A stretch of 64,000 bases of DNA from Piromyces finnis finn (taxonomy: Eukaryota; Fungi; Neocallimastigomycota), in the NCBI GenBank assembly GCA_002104945.1, contig MCFH01000041.1:248001-312000 (forward strand). The letters run 5' to 3'. Each line of letters opens with the position of its first letter. The first letter of the stretch is position 1. The translations under genes and the position numbers were made by a program. Of the stretch, positions 56,165 through 64,000 are shown one piece after another. The notes beneath the pieces are model-generated. The model searched no databases, was not told the DNA's origin, and was given only the letters and a program-made list of their open reading frames with translations.

Positions 56165-57744
56165 TTAGTTTTTTTTATCATCATCAGATTCTTCAGTTTT
56201 ATTTTCTGGAAGTTTTTTAGTTGCTTTAGTTTCCTTTTCCTTTTTAATTTCTTCTTGTGTTTTCTTTGGTGGTTGTGGAACAACAGCTCTAATAAGTTCT
56301 TCATCAGTTGGAATATACTTCTTCTTTTCTTTTGGACATTTATCCCAAATAATGTTAGCAGAGAAATCCTTTAAAACAAGAGTACCACTACCTTCTTCAT
56401 TTAAACGATTGTTTAACAAAGCTTGTACACCAACGGAAATACGAATCATATCAGTACCACATCCAAACCAAAGTTTCTAATTAAATTAAAATAAAAAATA
56501 AAGAATCATATATATATTTATTAATCGGGTATTAATATCTTTACTAGTTTTTATTATAATGATGTTTTTTTCTATAATTTAATAAATGAATACATACACC
56601 ATCTTGTAATCTACCATGTGGTGGTTTTCTCCAACCAGCAGCCCAATCTAATTCATCAGTGAAATCAAAAGTACCCATAGCTGGTCCTTCTAAAACGTGA
56701 GTAACAGCATCAGTGTTTTCTGACTTAATGACAGCACGAATACCTTCATCAATGTGATAAGTACCTCTAAAATTATTATTTTTTTTTTAAAAAAAAAGAT
56801 AATGTTAAACAATATTATTTCCATCAATAATATTTATGTACACTATTATTTTAATATAAACTACCTAAATTGGTATGAAGTAATTGCGAATCTGTATCCT
56901 TTAGTATATCTGACATAAAAGTATGGTGAACAAGTATGGTAAATAGTGTAGTTGTGAGTTTCAACGGTTGGGTCAAGTTGTAAAACAGCTGAATTAGTGT
57001 GGAAATCGATTCTATAAAAAGTATATCATTACCAAAAATTATTTCAATTTATTATTATTATTAACTTGTTCTTATTTTTTTTTTTTTTTGCTATATATAA
57101 AATTAATAAATATATAATAAAATTATAAAAAAAAATATACCTAGTAAACTTTTCATCAATTTCATAAGCTAAATTAATGTTTTTAATGTTCAGAGTATAA
57201 ATTTAAATATATTGTATATATGTTTCAATATTAATAGTGATTAATGGATTAGTTCATTATAAATTCTTTAAAAGTATCGAATTATTATATATATAAGATT
57301 AATTACGATGTTCTGGATCAGCTTCTGGACATTTTACACCATAATGAACTTGTTCTAAGAAAGCCTATTAGGATTTTAATTAAAATATTGATAAATTATT
57401 GGTATTTAATTCTGATATATTTATTATATTTATTATTTATTGATTATTATTATTATTTTTTTCTTTTATTTTCCCCAAATTTATTTTCTTTTTATAAATT
57501 TAAAATTAATTTTTTAAATTTGAAATTAAATAGATTTATTAAAATTTACTTTTTCTGGAAATTGTCTTTCTTTTTTAGTAATTTTTGTATCTTCTTCAAC
57601 TGCTTCTGTTGCATCTTCTGCACCTTCAGTTGTTTCAATTTGTTCAACAACTTCTGTTGTATTTTCAGCTTCTTTAACTTTTTCAGATAAAGTTAAAGCG
57701 AAGCATAAAGTTATTAAAACTAATAAAAAATTATAAATTTTCAT
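56165..57744 (-). CDS. Secreted DUF4360-like protein, ~302 aa, 6 exons
   Basis: Exons 57744-57550, 57364-57307, 57168-57141, 57011-56865, 56766-56598, 56476-56165. Signal peptide and acidic linker, then YGVKCP, YTKGYRFAITSYQFRGTYHIDEG, GPAMGTF and WFGCG. This pattern resembles DUF4360 (GSGCP; GfqfsI...yRGy; GP; WSpCG). Family assignment is from memory. Confidence 0.72.
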
Positions 57745-57813
57745 TTGACCTTTCTTTATTGTTAAATATAATTTTTATTGTAGATTTTTTAATTTACATC
57801 AATTTAAAATATA

Positions 57814-57863
<50 letters not shown>

Positions 57864-59202
57864 TAAAAATAAAAATTAATTATATATTTTAATACATTTT
57901 ATATATATTTAAAATATTGTTGTTGTGGAAAACTATTTTTTAATCTTATTATTTAAAAATGAAATGTATTAATATTACCAACTATACTGCTTAATAAATG
58001 TTATTTTTTTTTGCTCAACAAAAAAAAAAAAAGTGAGTATTTTTTCCGAATTATTATTATTATTATTTAATAATTTTTCCTTTAATTATTTATACAATTA
58101 TATATAACTCTTTTAATTTATTTCTTTTTTGACTTTTAATTCAATAAAGATTACTATAAATTATTTAATTTCAGTATATATAATAAAAGATATTAAAAAG
58201 GAATTAAAGAAAAAAAAATATATAATAAATAAAAATAATTAATTTTGTATAAACTTTATTTATAGAATGATACAAAATAAATATTAAATATATGATTATT
58301 ATAAAATAAATATTTATTATAAAATATTATTAATTTAAGTTATTATTATTTAAACTTGTTTTGTTAGTAATTATTTCTATATGGATTTAAAAATTTTTTG
58401 TTTGACAAAATAATATATATAACAATTATATATTTATATATTATAATCAATTTAAATTTACTTGATGTTAAAATATTATTGGACATGGTTAATATAACGA
58501 AGTTACTTAAAAGGTATATAACTATATAGTTATTAAAAGTGACTTGACATAACATCCATTTAGTAGTAACAGTTTAATAGAAATGAGTAGTGTAATAATA
58601 ATATATAAAAATATTAAACAAAATAGAGAAAACTATTATTTCAACATCAACAACAATTAAATATAGCATAGGTGAATATTATCTTTATTGCTCATCATAT
58701 TATTGAATATATTTATATATTATATATTAATATAGGTATAATTCAAAATGATATTCATGTGTTTTTTATTAATCTATGTTAAATATCAATAAATATATTT
58801 ATATTTAATGTACTACCAACATTTCTTTTAATTAAAATTTTAATTATTAATTTTTATGAAAATGAGATAATGCTATAATATACTCTAAAAGTTCATTTAA
58901 AGAAATTTGAAATTATAATTTTCTTTTTGTAACTAATTATTTCCTTTTTTTTTTTTTGTTTAGAAAAATCATTGTTATTACATAATACATAGCTTAATAT
59001 CAATCCATTATATATCTATAATGATTAAAGCAATATATTTTTTAATTTAAATAAATAGTTATTTAATAATTCTTTTACAAAATAATAATATTATCTGTTC
59101 AAAAATTTCATAATAAAAAAAAAAGAACAAATAAATAATAATATCAATAAAAGAAATAATCAATATTTTAAGAAATAAACACAAGATAAAATATAGAATA
59201 GA

Positions 59203-61706
59203 ATGCTTCATGAATTGTTACTAGCACTTTCAGGACATTATGGAGAGGTATTCGCACTTCATCCACCTCCTCCCCAGCAATCCGAAACTTTTAAAATTCC
59301 AGTAAATTTTCCAATATATTTACATATTTCCGAAAGAGAAGCATTAGAAGAATTAGCACATTTAGGATTTCTATACTTACAAATATCAAACTTTGTTAAA
59401 GAAAAATTAGAATATACAGATAAATATAATATAAATGCAATTCCAAAATTAGAAGACGAATTACATTCATTTTCATCTTTAGGAAACCTAACATCACAAT
59501 TAGAAGAAAACAACAACAGCAATAACAACAACAACACTAATAATAATGAAAAAACTGTCAAATATTCACTGGAAGATTTTCAAAATGGATATTATATAAG
59601 AGCTTTGTGTTCAGGAATAAATCAAATTTTGGATAAATACCTTGATAGAATTACAATGGCAGAAAGAAAAATATTAGATAATTTAGATCCAGAAACAATT
59701 GGTCCTTCAACACCAATTTCTTTTTTAAAATATTATTTTTCAGAGGTATTTTATATATAAACGGAAGAAATATTTTAATTTAAAAATAATTTACCTAATA
59801 AAATTCTTCTTATTATTATTACCATTTATTATAATTATTATTTAAAAATAGTATAAAGTTATATTACCATATTTATACCAATTAACAATTAATATTAAAG
59901 ATTCACCACATAAATATCATGGTACACAATTATTATCAAAACTTTATAGTTGTGCAAATAATGGAATTCCTGAAATTAAGAAAACATTTTTATTGTAATT
60001 ATAACTTTTTTTCATTAAAAATTATATAAATGGGACTGTTAATAATTTTATTTTCTCATTATTTTTAATTTTGATTTTATTTATACATTTCAAATAACAA
60101 ATAAAACAATAGTTTATTTAAGGTTTGCAATTTTGTATTTTGCAAACAATTAATATCATGGGTTATATATGGAAAATTAGAAGATAGATATAAGGAATTC
60201 TTTATAAAGTTAAATGAAAATAAAAAAAGAAATATTGGAAAGAATATTTATTTAAAAAAAAATTCATTTTCATTGTTTTCAGAATATGAATTAGTAGATG
60301 ACTATATACCCACATATATTAAAAAAGATATTGCAAAAACGATTTTATTTATCGGAAAGTCTGTTGCTGCAATATATGATCCAAGAAACCAAAAAAGTAT
60401 AAAAATTAATTTATTGTTTAGTTTTTCATTTTTATTAACTCATTTTTAACTAATTATAATTAATATAATTTAATATCCTATAATATTCTATATCCTATAT
60501 ATATATTCTAAATTAATAAATAAATCAATAATAATAATATATATATATAAAAGAACGTTTATCAAATTTTTCACTACAATCCCAACTCAATGAACTGTCT
60601 AAACTATCTCAATATAATAACTTTAATAATTATAAATTTGAAACTGTAATAAGAAATATTAAACATATAGTATCTAAGGCATTATGGCAAGTCGTCGTTA
60701 TTGATGAAAATCTAGTTTTATACTTAGAGGTTTGTTTAACATTAAATAATACCTAAATAATTATATTATAATAGATCAAAAATTGTAAAATAAAATAAAA
60801 ATTAAAATTTTTTTTATAAATAAAGGTATTTAGAAATTATTTCTTACTTGTTAAAGGTGATTATTTTGTAAAATTTATTGAAGAATGTGAATCCTTGAAA
60901 GCAAGAGCAAATATAAGATCAGCACTAATTACCGAACAAGGTATAATATAGGATATATATTTTCTTTATTTTGAAATAAATTTATATAATAATTAATTTT
61001 ATTACTAGATCTGAATAATCTTTGGAATAGAGTTTCAATCAATACAACGGCTGAAAATGATGAAACATTAGAGAATTTTAACTTTAAAGTATATCATAAT
61101 GCCTCAGGTATTATTTTATTTAATCAGTGTATAAAATCCATAACTAGTTTTACCTAATAATAACTCACTTTTATATTTTATAAAATTTATAATTTTTTGT
61201 AAAAAAAAAAAATAAAGAATTTGAAGAATATGTTTATAGATCTCCTTATGATGATTACTTATTTGGTTTTCCAATGAGATTAGAATATTTTATAAAATGG
61301 CCATTAGACATAATATTTACTCAATCCGATTTTGATAAGTAAGAATATTTTTATTATGATGATGATAATAATAAAAATTAAAACAAAAATTCTTTGATTC
61401 TATAAATATATATATATATATATTTTTAAAAAAAAATAATAATTAAAACAAATTATTTATTTCACTATCAAATAGATATAATACCTTATTCTCATTTTTA
61501 ATGGTATTAAAACGTGTACAAATGCGTTTACAGCATTTATTAACAAGAACATATACCAATAAATATACCAGACATCAAAAATTTGAACATCAAAGTCATA
61601 TATGGTCAATTCGACAAATGATGCTGTTTTTCATTAATTGCTTGTGGTCTTATATACAGGTATATAATATATATCAATATCAAACCTAATTATAATTATT
61701 GATTTT

Positions 61707-61743
<37 letters not shown>

Positions 61744-62488
61744 TTCAATTCTTAATATTTATAAAATTTAAATAACCATATAAAAGATGGATGTCTTATG
61801 GATAAATTATGAAGAATTAGTTCAATCTATTAATAAAGAAAAATATAAAGTCAAACCAGATAATTCAAGCAATAATATGGATATAACATCAGAAAATGAA
61901 AAAGAAAATGAAGAAAATGATAATGATCATCAGAATTTAGAAGATATCCAAATATACCATAAAAAATATTTAAATAATTTAATGAAAGGATGCTTCTTAG
62001 AACATGGAATTTTTAATGCCATTGGAAAATGTATAAAAACTGTCATTCAACTGTGTGATCAATTTTGTTTTGTTGTAGAAAAGAATTTAGGGGTAAAGAA
62101 AAATATATCAGAAGATACTTGGAATACATGCAGAGAATTGGGATTGGTAATTAATTGAATTTTCATCCTTACTTTTTTAAATTTAAAGCCGTTATTTTAT
62201 TATTTTATATATATATATATATATATAATATTTTAACTTTACTGTATACCTTTCATTACATAGAAATTTCAAGAAAATACATTTTTCTTGTTTAGAACCT
62301 TTTCTGGTGTAAAGACAGCTTCTGTATCTTCATGGCAAAATCAATATTTAAGTCAATTATTATTACGAATGGACTTTAATAGATGGTTTTCAATTAATGG
62401 ATTAAATCAAAATGGTGCTTCAACATGGTTAACACCAACACATGATGACTTATTTGTAGATAATAATAATATGGATGAAGAAAATTAA
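59203..62488 (+). CDS. TUBGCP4: Gamma-tubulin complex component 4, ~749 aa, 10 exons
   Basis: Exons 59203-59745, 59852-59994, 60113-60396, 60554-60729, 60826-60940, 61009-61107, 61218-61338, 61476-61659, 61787-62146, 62264-62488. Starts MLHELLLALSG and ends SQLLLRMDFNRWF, the GCP4 hallmarks. Also has RNYFLLVKGD and WPLDIIF. Confidence 0.92.
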
Positions 62489-62570
62489 ATTAATTTTTTT
62501 TTTTTTTTTTTTTTTTTAATCATTTAATGATGAATATATATATAAATAAAATAAAAGTAAAAATAGTAAC

Positions 62571-62602
<32 letters not shown>

Positions 62603-62932
62603 GAAAATAAAAAAAAAAAAAAAATACATATTAAATTATTATTTAAAAATAATATTAAATTAATAAATTGAAGTAGCAGCATAATTTCAACGATTGATTG
62701 ATTATATTAATTTTAATAGAAATATACTATTTAAAATAATACCCTTATGTAGTCATTGATTATGTCATGAATATAATTTTTTTTAACCCTTCTATCAATA
62801 TTAAGTTTGGAGTTTAAAAATTAAAGTTTTATTAATTTTTAGGATTTAACTAAAAGATTTTCTAATATTTGCTTAACTATAGGTTAATTAGAATGAACTA
62901 AAATTAAATATGTTACTATTGCTTTTATTATT

Positions 62933-64000
62933 TTAAGATTCTTTGGTATCGCTTTCATTATTATTTTCTGTTGTTGTACTAATTTCTTCTGTTGACACTA
63001 CTGATATTGATTCTTCTATTGTATTATTATCAACATTTTCATTATCTTTATTTTTTAAATTTTCATCTTCAGAAGTTGAATTTTTATCTTGATTAAATTT
63101 TCTTGCCGGTAATATATCTAATAAACTCTTTTCCCAATCATTTGTATCTAAATAATTAAGAATAATCTTGAACACTGTTCATTTTGTAGTATAATATTAT
63201 AATATTATATATAATATATATTGATTGATTAATATAAAAATACGTTTACAAAGACTTTATATTTATTAAAAAAATCATACTATGATTGACAGTCAACACT
63301 TTTCTACTAGACATTTTTATATATTTATTTATTGGTAATCTGGCAGTTGTAATATTTTGCTTTTTTGCTTTTTCTAAAGTTAAATTCTTTTATAATTATA
63401 ATATAAATATATATATATATTAACAGAATAATTAACATTGGAATATAATATATATAATACATATTACATTATATTTATTAATATGTATTATTATTACCTT
63501 GTATCTGTTTTTATCAACAATTCCACCAATAATATATATTTTTGATTCATCAAAGGTATCTATTGTATTAGGTGAATCAGCAGTTAAATAAACTAAATTT
63601 TCTTTTTCGTTTGCAAATACTTCCTCATATGATTGTGGTTCAAATATTATCTTTTTTATTTACGATAAATATATAATTAATACAATAACCAAAATATAAA
63701 TCTATTGAAATTTATATCAATTCTATTATATAATTACTTCATTTCTTCTCCATCTTTGATAATCGGACATCTTTCTGTCAAATTCTGCTTTTGTTTTATC
63801 TCCAAAACTTGTACAATATAATTTTACTGGGTGAAAACTTTGTCTATTATAAGAGTAACAATGTGCTATTTGACTAACCATACTTTTAATTTCCTATATA
63901 TTTTATTACATGTTTAAAATTTAAAAGTAAATATATATATATATTTAATGCTATATAAAAATGGTTATATTTTTTATTTTATAAGTACCTTATCTAACAT
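62933..64000 (-). CDS. TRM10: tRNA (guanine-9-N1)-methyltransferase Trm10, 5'-truncated by the window edge
   Basis: Exons 64000-63989 (partial), 63893-63738, 63650-63498, 63386-63281, 63174-62933. Motifs [34 protein letters not shown] and [14 protein letters not shown]. Confidence 0.93.

Overview
This is an extremely AT-rich, intron-rich eukaryotic window. The base composition, short GT-AG introns, flagellar gene CFAP45 and gamma-TuRC gene GCP4 point to a zoosporic fungus, most plausibly an anaerobic gut fungus (Neocallimastigomycota; inference). I assembled 14 protein-coding models by hand, in order: RPL27A/uL15; two RPL37/eL37 copies head-to-head; a 1469-aa disordered protein with four [S/G]RFx[V/I] motifs; a signal peptide-LRR-TM-SH3 receptor-like protein; an S8 subtilase with an Asp-rich repeat tail; a CAMK-group kinase with HAD/DFN motifs; a stand-alone IGHMBP2-like AN1 zinc-finger protein; CFAP45; an XRCC1-like twin-BRCT protein; RPC31; a secreted DUF4360-like protein; GCP4; and a 5'-truncated TRM10. 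The stretches at 1-12 kb, 18.3-24.4 kb and 38.6-43 kb are essentially non-coding, with microsatellites and faint transposon relics. The best second-look candidates are the LRR-TM-SH3 receptor, the neighbouring RFxV-motif scaffold, the inverted RPL37 pair with its shared promoter and structured intron, and the fungal XRCC1-like gene. Exon coordinates were read manually, and no database searches were run.
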